Notes under the pieces: generated by a model | Told to the model about the DNA's origin: nothing | Database searches by the model: none | The model's input: the letters and a program-made list of their open reading frames with translations, nothing else | Shown: positions 48,356-57,810 of the stretch, piece after piece | How the letters are laid out: the number at the start of each line of letters is the position of its first letter | Position numbering within the stretch: position 1 is the first letter of the stretch | Assembly (NCBI GenBank): GCA_041484665.1 | Contig: JBGPIA010000005.1 | Location: forward strand, 107,648 to 171,647 | Direction of reading: 5' to 3' | DNA length: 64,000 nucleotides | Source of the DNA: Candidatus Krumholzibacteriia bacterium | GTDB taxonomy: Bacteria; Krumholzibacteriota; Krumholzibacteriia; JAJRXK01 | Position numbers and translations under genes: made by a program

Positions 48356-49603
48356 GTGCCACGCTTCCAGCAGTTCTTTCGATCGCTGCGCGAGCTCAGC
48401 CGGTCGTTCTGGACGGCGAACGTCTCGGAGCTGTTCGAGCGGATCGCCTTCTACGGAATGACGCCCGTGCTCGTCCCGTATCTCACGCAGGTCCGCGGCT
48501 TCGAGGCCGGCACTGCGATCCGCTTGAGCGGCAACTTCGGTCTGGTCGTGTACGGCCTGCCCGTGCTGTCGGGATTCCTGGCCGACCTGCTGGGTTACCG
48601 GCGCGCGATGATGCTGGCTTACGGGGTGCTGGCAGCGGGCTACCTGCTGCTGGGCCGCGCAGGCGGCTTCACCGCCGTGGCCGGATCGCTGCTCCTGATC
48701 GCGCTGGGCGCCTCATTGATCAAGCCCACGATCACGGGCACCACCCAGCGCACGTGCAGCGAGACGCTGCGGCCGCTGGGCTTCTCCATCTACTACACAC
48801 TCGTGAACATCGGCGGCTTCCTCGGCCCGAACATCTCGGGGCAGGTCTCCGCGGCCTTCGGTCCCAGCAGCGTCTTCTGGACGAGCGCCGCGGCGGTGGC
48901 CGCCGCGCTGGTGCTCGTGTTGGTGATGTTCCGCGAGCCACCCGCCCCCGAGGGCGTGACCGAGAAGAAGCGGCTCGGCAGCTTCCTGGCAGACTTCGCC
49001 CGGGTGGTGACCAACCCGCGGCTGGTCGTGCTGTTCCTGCTGGTGGCGGGCTTCTGGAGCCTGTTCTTCCAGTTCTACGGCGCCTTCACGCTGTACATGA
49101 CTCGCGACCTCGGCCTTTCGCAGCTGCAGGCCAATCGGATCATCTCGCTGGACGCGCTGGCCATCATCCTGTTCCAGGTGGTCGTGGGCTACCTCGTGCG
49201 CAAGCTGGCGACCTCGCGGGCGGTGTGGATCGCGGCTCTGGTGGCCTCAGGCGGCATCGCGGTCATCGGGCTGCGCGCGTCGTGGACCACCGCCGCGGCG
49301 GGCGTGCTGATCTTCTCCGTCGGTGAAATGATCTACTCGGCGCATTTCTACGCGTACCTCGGGAAACTCGCCCCTCCCGGGCAGGTCGGGATGTACATGG
49401 GCTTTGCCTTCCTGCCGATCGCGCTCGGCAGCTTCCTGTCCGGCCAGATCGGCGGACCCGTCTCGTCGTACTTCCGCGACACGGTGGGCGAGCCCCGGCT
49501 GATGTGGTTCGCCTTTGCGGCGGTGGGCCTGGTCTCGGCGCTGGGGCTGGCGCTGCTGTCCCGCGTTGCAGAGCGGAAGGAGGCGGTCTCGGGGCGGGGC
49601 TAG
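48356..49603 (+). CDS. MFS transporter (POT-related)
   Basis: RBS GGAGGGGAG; ELFERIAFYG, KPTITG, YYTLVNIGG, GEMI, YMGF. Confidence 0.85.
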   Translation: MPRFQQFFRSLRELSRSFWTANVSELFERIAFYGMTPVLVPYLTQVRGFEAGTAIRLSGNFGLVVYGLPVLSGFLADLLGYRRAMMLAYGVLAAGYLLLGRAGGFTAVAGSLLLIALGASLIKPTITGTTQRTCSETLRPLGFSIYYTLVNIGGFLGPNISGQVSAAFGPSSVFWTSAAAVAAALVLVLVMFREPPAPEGVTEKKRLGSFLADFARVVTNPRLVVLFLLVAGFWSLFFQFYGAFTLYMTRDLGLSQLQANRIISLDALAIILFQVVVGYLVRKLATSRAVWIAALVASGGIAVIGLRASWTTAAAGVLIFSVGEMIYSAHFYAYLGKLAPPGQVGMYMGFAFLPIALGSFLSGQIGGPVSSYFRDTVGEPRLMWFAFAAVGLVSALGLALLSRVAERKEAVSGRG

Positions 49604-49950
49604 GTCGTTTCGAGGGAGAACGCCGCGATTGCGTCGGCCTCGCTGTCGTAGACCTCGAAGATGTTCCGCAGGTCGATCGTGAAGAAGACTTCGTCCACGC
49701 GCGGATTCAGGCCAGTGAACTTGAGCCGTCCGCCACAGCGGCGGAAGACGAAGAAGGCGCGCACGAGCGCGCCCACGCCCGTGCTATCGATCCACGGGAC
49801 GTCCTCCATGTTCACGATGACATCGAGATTGGACTGCAGGGCGAGCTCGTCGAGCCTGTCGTGCAGCAGCGCGTACTCATCCGGTCCGGCCATCTTGCCA
49901 TGCAGGTGCAGGACGACCACCCGACCGGCGCGCTTGGTGTCGATCCGCAT
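49600..49950 (-). CDS. STAS domain anti-sigma factor antagonist
   Basis: VPWIDSTGVGALV (phospho-Ser motif), FEVYDSEADAIAAF. Confidence 0.88.
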   Translation of the reverse strand: MRIDTKRAGRVVVLHLHGKMAGPDEYALLHDRLDELALQSNLDVIVNMEDVPWIDSTGVGALVRAFFVFRRCGGRLKFTGLNPRVDEVFFTIDLRNIFEVYDSEADAIAAFSLETT

Positions 49951-50054
49951 GGCCTCTCCTGAGGCGCGGGGCAACCTCTAGCTTAGGGGAGGCTTGGCCT
50001 TGCGCCAAGCACCGCTTGTACACCGCGGCAGCCGGGATGCCGTAGACGCGGCGC

Positions 50055-51449
50055 TCAGCTCGCGGCGACCTTGTTCAGTCCGTCCAGCCCAGCCACCTTG
50101 TAAGCCTCGGCGAGCGTCGGGTAATTGAACACCGTGTCACGGAAGTAGTGCATCGTCCCGCCCAGGGCGAGCACCGCCTGTCCGATGTGCACGATCTCCG
50201 TGGCCTGCTCCCCGATCGTGTGCACACCGAGCAGCTTCAGCGAGCGCGGATCGAACAGGATCTTGAGCAACCCGACCTCGGCGCCGAGCATCTGCCCCTT
50301 GGCCAGCTCCGCGTAGCGGGCCACCCCGACCTCGTAGGGCACCTTGGCCTCCGTCAGCTCCTGCTCCGTTCGGCCCACCATCGAGATCTCCGGGATGGTA
50401 TAGATCCCATAGGGCAGGAGCTCCCGCCGTTGGATCGGGGCTTCGCCGAACATGTGGCAGCTGGCCAGGCGCCCCTGCTCCATGGAGGTAGAAGCCAGCG
50501 CGGGGAACCCGATCACATCGCCCGCGGCGTAGATGTGCGGGACGGCGCTGCGGAAGTGCTCGTCCACCGTGATGCGTCCCCGCGCGTCGGCGGCCAGGCC
50601 GGCCGCCGGCAAGTTCAGCAGGTCGGAGTTCGCCTGCCGTCCCACCGCGTGCAGCAGGCCGTCACCCTGCACCTGCTTGCCGCTCTCCAGCTCGGCGACG
50701 ACGCGGTGAGCCTCGCTGACGCGCACCGACACGACCTTCTCGCCGAGGCGGAAGACCACGCCGCGCTGGCGCATGCACCAGGTCAGCGCGTCCACGATCT
50801 CGCGGTCCACGAAATCCAGGACCGTGGAACGCTGCTCGATCAGCGTGACGCGCATGCCGAGCGCGCTGAACATCGAGGCGTACTCGATGCCGATCACCCC
50901 AGCTCCGACCACCATCAGATCGCGCGGGATCCGCTGCGACTGGCCGAGGTCGTCGGTGTCGAGCACCCGCTCACGGTCGAAGGGGATCGAGGGGTCGCGC
51001 GCCGGCCGCGTTCCGCAGGCGATCAGGACATGGGCGGCCTCGACCTGCGCCTGCCCGGCGCCGGTGTCGACCTCCAGCGTGTGCGGTCCCACGAACCGCG
51101 CGGTGCCGTCGAGCACGGCCACGCCGTTGCGCTTCAGCTGCGCCCGCACCACCTCCGCCTCGCGCGCCACCACCGTCTGCACGCGGAAGGCGAGGTCGGC
51201 GGCGGAGATGGTGTCCTTCAGCGAGTAGTCCTTACCGTAGAACGTGCGTTGCTGGAAGCCGGAGAGGTACAGGATCGCCTCGCGCAGGGTCTTGGACGGG
51301 ATCGTGCCGGTGTGCAGGCAGGCGCCGCCGATGCGGGCTCTCCGGTCGACGACCGCGACGCGCTTGCCGAGCTTGGCGGCCGCGATCGCGCCTTTCTGCC
51401 CGGCCGGGCCGGAGCCAATGACAACGAGATCGTACGCTTCTGACGGCAC
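50055..51449 (-). CDS. sthA: Soluble Si-specific NAD(P)+ transhydrogenase
   Basis: GSGPAGQK, GGACLHTGTIPSK (CxxxxT), GAGVIGIEY, FPALASTSMEQGR, FNYPTLAEAYK. Confidence 0.92.
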   Translation of the reverse strand: MPSEAYDLVVIGSGPAGQKGAIAAAKLGKRVAVVDRRARIGGACLHTGTIPSKTLREAILYLSGFQQRTFYGKDYSLKDTISAADLAFRVQTVVAREAEVVRAQLKRNGVAVLDGTARFVGPHTLEVDTGAGQAQVEAAHVLIACGTRPARDPSIPFDRERVLDTDDLGQSQRIPRDLMVVGAGVIGIEYASMFSALGMRVTLIEQRSTVLDFVDREIVDALTWCMRQRGVVFRLGEKVVSVRVSEAHRVVAELESGKQVQGDGLLHAVGRQANSDLLNLPAAGLAADARGRITVDEHFRSAVPHIYAAGDVIGFPALASTSMEQGRLASCHMFGEAPIQRRELLPYGIYTIPEISMVGRTEQELTEAKVPYEVGVARYAELAKGQMLGAEVGLLKILFDPRSLKLLGVHTIGEQATEIVHIGQAVLALGGTMHYFRDTVFNYPTLAEAYKVAGLDGLNKVAAS

Positions 51450-51491
51450 GCGATTCCTCCCGGCGCAGGGTCCAGTCGACCAACGCGGCGC

Positions 51492-51500
51492 ATTCTAGCA
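51492..51500 (-). promoter_or_regulatory. Putative extended -10 TGcTAGAAT of sthA
   Basis: About 45 bp upstream of the sthA GTG on the minus strand. Confidence 0.4.
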
Positions 51501-51813
51501 CGCGCGGCGTGGCAAGGCGCTCCCCGGCCGCAGACGTCAAGACAGGCTGCAGCCGTGCGGGTCGTTCGCGCGGCCGAGGTCGATGTCGAGCGCGCGGCGC
51601 AGCGGCAGCGCATGGTGCAGCCTGGGGTCTGCCGCTGGGCCCAGGCGTGCCTCCTTGCGGCGGCTCCCACTCGCAGCGTACTGCGTACAACGTTGACCGC
51701 GGTCGTCGCGGCGAGGACGATTGCCGGCTCGCCGCTTTGGCGCTGGGCGCCTCGCCCCGGCCACGAGCGGCCACGGCATCTCGAGTCGCGTCTGGGAAGG
51801 GACCAGCGGCGTA

Positions 51814-53040
51814 GTGGACTCCCCGTCGAACAGCCGGCCGGACGCCGGCGCGTCGCAGAGATCGTCGCACGAGCGCGAGCGGCCCCGCCGCCTGCGTGAG
51901 CTGGCGTGGGTGTTCGCGAAGCTCGGGCTGACGGCCTTCGGCGGTCCGGCCGCCCACATCGCGCTGAAGGAGGAGGAGGTGGTGCGGCGCCGCAGCTGGC
52001 TCAGCCGCGAGGAGTTCCTCGATCTACTCGGTGCGACGAATCTCATTCCCGGTCCGAACTCGACCGAGATGGCGATCCACATTGGCCTGCGGCGCGCAGG
52101 CTGGGCAGGGCTGCTGGTGGCCGGTGCTTGCTTCATCATGCCGGCCGTCACCATCGTCACGGCGCTCGCTTGGGCGTACGTTCGATTCGGACGCCTGCCC
52201 TAGACGGGCGCGCTCCTCCATGGCATCAAGCCGGTGATCATCGCGATCGTGCTCCAGGCCCTTTGGGGGCTCGGCCGCGCCGCTCTCAAGACCTGGGCCC
52301 TGGCCCTGCTCGCCGCTGGTGCCGCCGGCCTGTGCGCGCTCGGGGTGAACGAGCTGCTCGTGCTGCTGGTCGCCGGGCTCCTGGCCGCTGCCGGCGCAAG
52401 GACCCGGCGCTCCCTCGAGGCGGGGAGGCGCTGGGCAGGAAGCGGCGTGCTCCTCACCGCGTCCACGCTCTCACCGGCAGCGCTGGGCACGGTGGCCGGG
52501 GGTGCCGCTGGCGCGCCGAGCGTCGTGACGGTGTTCCTGGTGTTCGCGAAGGCCGGCGCGGTGCTCTTCGGCAGCGGCTACGTGCTCCTGGCGCTGCTGC
52601 GGGCGGACCTGGTGGAGCGACTGGGGTGGTTGACGCAGGGCCAGCTGCTGGACGCCGTCGCGGTCGGCCAGATGACGCCCGGCCCCGTCTTCACCACTGC
52701 CACGTTCATCGGCTACGTGTTGGGCGGAATGCGCGCAGCCACGGCGGCGACCGCCGGCGTCTTCCTGCCGGCGTTCATCTTCGTCGCCGTGAGCGGGCCA
52801 ATCGTGCCGCGTCTGCGACGGTCTACCACCGCAGGCGCATTCCTCGACGGGGTGAACGCCGCCGCACTCGCCCTGATGGCCGTCGTGACCTGGCAGCTCC
52901 CCGGCGCGGCGCTGGTGGATGGCTGGACCATCGGTCTCGCCGTGCTGAGCGCGGTGCTGCTGTTGCTCTTGCGGGTCAACTCCGCCTGGCTCGTGCTCGG
53001 CGGCGGGCTGGTCGGCGTCGCCCTCCCCCTCCTGAGGTAA
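51814..53040 (+). pseudogene. chrA: Long-chain chromate efflux transporter with one in-frame TAG at 52201-52203
   Basis: KLGLTAFGGPAAHI, IPGPNSTEM, then GRLP*TGALLHGIKPV in one frame; second domain FGSGYVL, GQMTPGPVFTTATF. Confidence 0.8.
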
Positions 53041-53044
53041 TCCC

Positions 53045-53831
53045 GTGGGCGGTACCGCTCTACGCACCCACGCATCGGCCTGGTCTTTACCCGCGCGGTC
53101 GTGGCTCGGTGGGCTGGCGATGCTGTCCGCGCTGCCGACGGCGGCCTTGGCGGGTCCGCCCTCCGCGACGGACGACCCCGAGCCGGTGGAGCTGCGCCAC
53201 TGGGAGTTCTAGCTGGCCTCCCTGGTGGCGCATGACGCTTCCGGGTGGGCGGGGCACCGCGCCCCAGTTCGAGATCAACTACGGAGCCGTGGCAGAGACG
53301 CAATTGCACGTCATCGCGCCGCTGGCGTTTCTCCGAGAGGAGCCGGGCTCCAGCCGGCACGGCTACGGCGACACCGAGCTGGGCGTGAAGCGGCGCTTGG
53401 TGCGCGAGACGGCGACCGCGCCCCAGATCGGCGTCTTTCCGCTCGTCGAGATCCCGACGGGCGACGAGCAGCGTGGCCTCGGCAGCGGACACTGGCAGGT
53501 GTTCCTGCCGGTCAGGGTGCAGAAGGAGGCGGGCGCCTGGTCGACCTACGGCGGTGGCGGGTACTGGATCAACCCGGGCAGGGGAAACACCAACTGGTGG
53601 TTCCTGGGAGGACAGCTTCAACGCCGGCTGACGCCAAGCAGCGCCGTCGGAGCCGAGATTTTCCACACGACACCGAACGAGGACGACGGCGTGTCGGAGA
53701 CCCGCTTCAATGCTGGCCTGGTCATCGATCTCAGCGCGAAGGACCACCTGCTGCTCTCGGCCGGCCGCGGACTGCACGGACCGAATGTGTTCCAGGGGTA
53801 CGTGGCCTATCAGCTCACGCTTGGACCGTGA
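53045..53831 (+). pseudogene. Outer-membrane barrel ('transporter' family) gene with in-frame TAG (53210-53212) and +1 frameshift (G-run 53251-53254)
   Basis: Signal peptide, AGPPSATDDPEPVELRHWEF*LAS...GWA, then a frame change to GTAPQFEINYG...GYGDTELGVK...PTGDEQRGLGSG...YVAYQLTLGP. Confidence 0.75.
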
Positions 53832-53901
53832 CGGCTGCGCGCCGGCGCCGGGGACGCACGTAGCGTGCGCGCGTCACGCGCGTGAAGGGCGAAGCCGCGC
53901 G

Positions 53902-54681
53902 CTAGTCGAACCGCGCCTTCACGCTGCCCCACGAGGCGGCGGGAGTGGGCACTTCCCCGCACACGTCATGGTTGCGCTGCCGAAGCGCCGCAGTGAGAAC
54001 AAGCTCGACCGCGCTCACGATCTGCGGCTTTACGGAGTCCAGAACGAAATTCCCGAGGACTGCGTACAGCTGCAGGCATGCGTCGGCGGATTGGAGTTCC
54101 GTCGGGCTCAGACTCAGCTGCACGCTCCCGGGGACCAGTTTGTACAGGGTGCAGGCGCCCAACGGCTCTGTGCGGACCCATGCGCCGATGGTAGCGGCGC
54201 CCAACGCGTAGCCATCGGCGGCCACCGTTCCGGAGCCGAACTCGCCGCAGAAGGGAGTCTTCTGCCGGACGGTGTGCACATCCAGGAAGAGCTGGGCCGC
54301 CGTGACCGAAAACTGGATCGAGTCCCCCGCGCTGCCAACGACGTCCACCACCGCCGCGTTCTGGCAACCGTAGAGATTGAGGGGCGCAGTGGCCGTCGCC
54401 GCCGGGGGGGCGGTAGGATTCGGCGGGGCGCAGAAGGCGAATCCGACGAGCGACGCCTCGAACTGCACTCCGTTGAATTGGCCGCTGACCGTCCCCGTGA
54501 TTTCGTTGCCCTGCAGGTTGTTGAGGGCGGTCTGCAGGTCGTCGGCGAAGCTGGCTACGGCGCTGTCCGGGGGCAACGCGCCGGCCGCGCCGCACGCTGC
54601 CAACGCCGCCAGCGCCAACGCCGCCGCCCGCAGCACCAACATGCCTCGCCGCGCCCGGGCCGCGTGTGGGAGCTTGCGCAT
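53902..54681 (-). CDS. Secreted Cys-rich hypothetical protein with C-terminal SWGSVKARFD motif
   Basis: RBS GAGGAG; signal peptide; six Cys in the predicted mature part; ends VPTPAASWGSVKARFD. Confidence 0.75.
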   Translation of the reverse strand: MRKLPHAARARRGMLVLRAAALALAALAACGAAGALPPDSAVASFADDLQTALNNLQGNEITGTVSGQFNGVQFEASLVGFAFCAPPNPTAPPAATATAPLNLYGCQNAAVVDVVGSAGDSIQFSVTAAQLFLDVHTVRQKTPFCGEFGSGTVAADGYALGAATIGAWVRTEPLGACTLYKLVPGSVQLSLSPTELQSADACLQLYAVLGNFVLDSVKPQIVSAVELVLTAALRQRNHDVCGEVPTPAASWGSVKARFD

Positions 54682-54795
54682 CTCGGTCTCCTCGCTGCGC
54701 CAGGGCGCTGGAAGGGGGACCACGCTCCAGCTTGCATCGAGCATAGACGGCCGCGTGTCCCCACCGCAAGCTCGGGGCGGCCGTGCGCAGCGTCC

Positions 54796-55842
54796 TCAGG
54801 GCTCGAACGCCGTCTCCAGGCATGCCTGGGCGCCGCTGCTCAGGGTCAGCGTCGTGCCCTCTGCGACCTCTTTGTTCACCAACGCCAGCGCCACGGCGCC
54901 GGGGCCGTCGATGCGCTCGACAGCAGCCGCGATCCACCCGGTCGCTCGCCCGTCGTACAGCAGCTCATCGCCGGGCGCGGGTGCAGGGGAGAGTGCGCTT
55001 ACCAGCACGCGCCGCCGCCGCACCTTGTCGTAATTGGCCAGACGCGCCACGACCTCCTGCCCGATGTAGCAGCCCTTGGTGAAGGAGACGAACGGCGCGA
55101 GCCCGGCCTCCAGCGGATTGAGCGTGTCGCCCAGCTCGGGGCCCGGCCGCAGGCGGCCGTGCTCGATGCACCACTGGAGATAGGCGCGCTCGCCCGTGAC
55201 AGCGCCGCCGCGCTCGCGCACGGCACCCGCCGCGCAACGCGCGAGCTCGCCTGCGTGCGCGGCGTGAAGCGCGACCGCATGGAGGTGCTGGGACCACGGC
55301 GCGGGCTCGCGCAGCAGCAAAGCGCCCGCGTTGCTCGCGTGGGCGAACCCGCCCGGCTGCGGCACCGGGCAGCCGAGCGCTCCTGCGACCACCTCTGCGG
55401 CCCCATCGCCGACTGCCAGGAGCGCCACCGCGTCCGGCTGCCGCTCGACCTGCACGTCTTCGAGGATCACGTAGCGCTCGATCCACTGCGCCAGCGCCGC
55501 GCCCCGCCCCTCGCCGGCCAGCAGCCACATCCGGTCGTCCCCGGGGGCGGCGACCGCCAGGTCCACGATGCGCCCCTTGTCATTGGTGAACACCAGCGCA
55601 GCCGCCTGGCCGGGCTGCAGGCCACGCACATCGGAGGCGCAGAGCCGCTGGAGGAGATCAACCCGGTCGGCTCCCCGGATCACCAGCAGATCCCCCGTTC
55701 CCCGGTCCCGCAGGGCCAGTCCCGACCGAAGGGCGCGCAGCCCCTCGAGCGCGGGCGCGACCTCCAGCGCCGGCCGTCCCGGCGTCTCGGCCTGGCTGCG
55801 GCCGGGCCCCAGCGGGCTACCGAACGGGGTCTGATCGCCCAT
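54796..55842 (-). CDS. ygfZ: YgfZ/GcvT family folate-binding Fe-S maturation protein
   Basis: GADRVDLLQRL, KGRIVD, NPLEAGL, KGCYIGQEVVAR signature. Confidence 0.85.
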   Translation of the reverse strand: MGDQTPFGSPLGPGRSQAETPGRPALEVAPALEGLRALRSGLALRDRGTGDLLVIRGADRVDLLQRLCASDVRGLQPGQAAALVFTNDKGRIVDLAVAAPGDDRMWLLAGEGRGAALAQWIERYVILEDVQVERQPDAVALLAVGDGAAEVVAGALGCPVPQPGGFAHASNAGALLLREPAPWSQHLHAVALHAAHAGELARCAAGAVRERGGAVTGERAYLQWCIEHGRLRPGPELGDTLNPLEAGLAPFVSFTKGCYIGQEVVARLANYDKVRRRRVLVSALSPAPAPGDELLYDGRATGWIAAAVERIDGPGAVALALVNKEVAEGTTLTLSSGAQACLETAFEP

Positions 55843-55889
55843 CTGCTTCGAGTCCAACGGGTTGTGCCGCCGTCCGCCCGCGGCCTGCC

Positions 55890-55918
55890 TTGACGCCCCT
55901 CGGGGGTGAAACTACACT
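55890..55918 (+). promoter_or_regulatory. Putative sigma70 promoter TTGACG-N17-TACACT for iscS-iscA
   Basis: Near-consensus hexamers at 17-bp spacing. Confidence 0.6.
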
Positions 55919-56085
55919 GATTCGTAGTGATTTCGTGACCCGGCCGCCACGGCAGCGGGGCTGCATGGCGTCGGGCCGCCCGGTGAGCCCGCCGAGACCT
56001 CACCTGGCGCGTGGAGCACGCGGCGGGGTCAGTCGGAAGGGCGCGCCCAACCAGCGCCCGGACCATCCGGTCAGCGGAATGGATC

Positions 56086-57264
56086 ATGCACGATCGCATC
56101 TACATGGACAATCACGCCAGCACGCCCACCGATCCGCGCGTGGTCGAGGCGATGCTGCCGTATTTCACGGAGCGCTTCGGCAATGCCGCGAGCCAGCACC
56201 TGTACGGCTGGGAGGCGCAGGAGGCGGTGGAGCGCGCCGCGCACGAGGTGGCCGCGCTGCTGGGCGTCGATGCCAAGGAGATTGTGTTCACCAGCGGCGC
56301 CACCGAGAGCAACAACCTGGCAGTCTGGGGCGCGATGGAGGCGGCTCGTGCGCGCGGCCGCCACTTCGTGACGACTGCCATCGAGCATCCCTCGGTGCTG
56401 GAGGTGGCCGCGCAGCTGCAGGAGCAGGGTTGCGAGGTGACCTACGTGCCGGCGGACCGTTCCGGCGTGGTCGACTCCGCTGCCGTGACCGCCGCCCTGC
56501 GTGCGGACACGGTCCTGTGCTCGGTGATGTGGGCCAACAACGAAATCGGGACGCTCCAGCCGGTGGAGGCGATCGCTGCCGCGTGCCGCGAGCGCGGCGT
56601 GCTCTTCCATACCGACGCCGTGCAGGCCGCAGGCAAGGTTCCCATCGCTGCCGCCGCGCGCGAGCTGGATCTCATCTCCATCAGCGGTCACAAAATGTGC
56701 GGACCCAAGGGCATCGGCGCCCTGAGCGTCCGCCGGCGCCGGCCCAAGGTGCACCTCGCGCCGCGGACCTTCGGCGGCGGACAGCAGAGAGGGCTGCGCG
56801 CGGGCACGCTCCCCGTCCCCCTGATCGTGGGGCTGGGCGAGGCCTGCACGCTCTGCGCGCGCGAGCTGGATGCCGAGGCGGCGCGCGTGGGCGGTCTGCG
56901 CGACCGGCTGTGGAGCCAGCTCAGCGTGAGTCTGGACGGCGTGCGGCTCAACGGCGATCTCAAGCGGCGCCTGCCCGGAAACCTCAACGTGAGCTTCGCC
57001 GGCGTGGAGGCCGAGGCGCTCTTGCTGGAGCTGAAGTGGATCGCGCTCAGCAGCGGCTCCGCGTGCGCCTCCGCCGAGCACAAGCCCAGCCACGTGCTGC
57101 TCGCGATCGGGCTCAGCGCGGAAGAGGCGCACTCCAGCATGCGCTTCGGGCTGGGGCGATTCACCACCGCGCAGGAGGTCGAGCGCGTGGCCGACGCGGT
57201 GGTCCAGACCGTCACGAGGATGCGCGAGACCTCGCCGCTGGCAGGGCGGGTCGTTCGCTCGTAA
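56086..57264 (+). CDS. iscS: Cysteine desulfurase
   Basis: IYMDNHAST, FTSGATESNN, EHPSV, HTDAVQ, SGHK, SSGSAC, RFGLGRF. Confidence 0.93.
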   Translation: MHDRIYMDNHASTPTDPRVVEAMLPYFTERFGNAASQHLYGWEAQEAVERAAHEVAALLGVDAKEIVFTSGATESNNLAVWGAMEAARARGRHFVTTAIEHPSVLEVAAQLQEQGCEVTYVPADRSGVVDSAAVTAALRADTVLCSVMWANNEIGTLQPVEAIAAACRERGVLFHTDAVQAAGKVPIAAAARELDLISISGHKMCGPKGIGALSVRRRRPKVHLAPRTFGGGQQRGLRAGTLPVPLIVGLGEACTLCARELDAEAARVGGLRDRLWSQLSVSLDGVRLNGDLKRRLPGNLNVSFAGVEAEALLLELKWIALSSGSACASAEHKPSHVLLAIGLSAEEAHSSMRFGLGRFTTAQEVERVADAVVQTVTRMRETSPLAGRVVRS

Positions 57265-57279
57265 CCGCAGGAGGAACCG

Positions 57280-57609
57280 ATGATCGTCGTGACTGACAAG
57301 GCGGCCGCCGCGGCCCTGGCGGCTCTGCGGGAAGAGGGCGCCGACCCGTCGCAGCGGTTCCTGCGGGTGGCGATCCAGGGGGGCGGCTGCTCCGGGCTCA
57401 ACTACAAACTCAACTTCGACTCCCAGCCGCGCGAGGGGGACGAGGTCCTGACCCTCGGCGAGCTGCGGGTGGCCGTCGACCCCAAGAGCCTGCTCTTCCT
57501 CGAAGGCATGACGCTGGATTACTCGGCGGGTCTCAACGGCAAGGGGTTCGTCTTCAACAATCCCAACGCCACGGGCACCTGCGGCTGCGGGCAGTCGTTC
57601 AAGGTCTGA
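57280..57609 (+). CDS. iscA: A-type Fe-S carrier (IscA/ErpA/HesB family)
   Basis: RBS AGGAGG; GGGCSG and [14 protein letters not shown]. Confidence 0.9.
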   Translation: MIVVTDKAAAAALAALREEGADPSQRFLRVAIQGGGCSGLNYKLNFDSQPREGDEVLTLGELRVAVDPKSLLFLEGMTLDYSAGLNGKGFVFNNPNATGTCGCGQSFKV

Positions 57610-57810
57610 CCGCCCAGGGCCACGGCAATTGCGCGACCCATCTGGGGCGCAGACCAACGCCGGGCACGACAGGAGGCGCGCGGATGCGGGCCCCCTGCGC
57701 GTATGTGGTCCTTGCGTGCCCCGCGAGCGGGTGAAACAATCATCGAGGCCACCGGTCGGCTCCCTCTCGCCGGGGTGCACAGTCGACGTACCCAGCCCAA
57801 TGGAGTGACC

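Noticed and set aside
49600-49603. Overlapping stop codons (CTAG) of convergent MFS and STAS genes
   Set aside because: Common compact arrangement with no special meaning.
52201-53212. Genome-wide TAG reassignment or pyrrolysine
   Set aside because: TAG ends many genes at their expected C-termini (413-415, 8485-8487, 22761-22763); the two sites imply different residues, one gene also has a frameshift, and no pyl genes are present.
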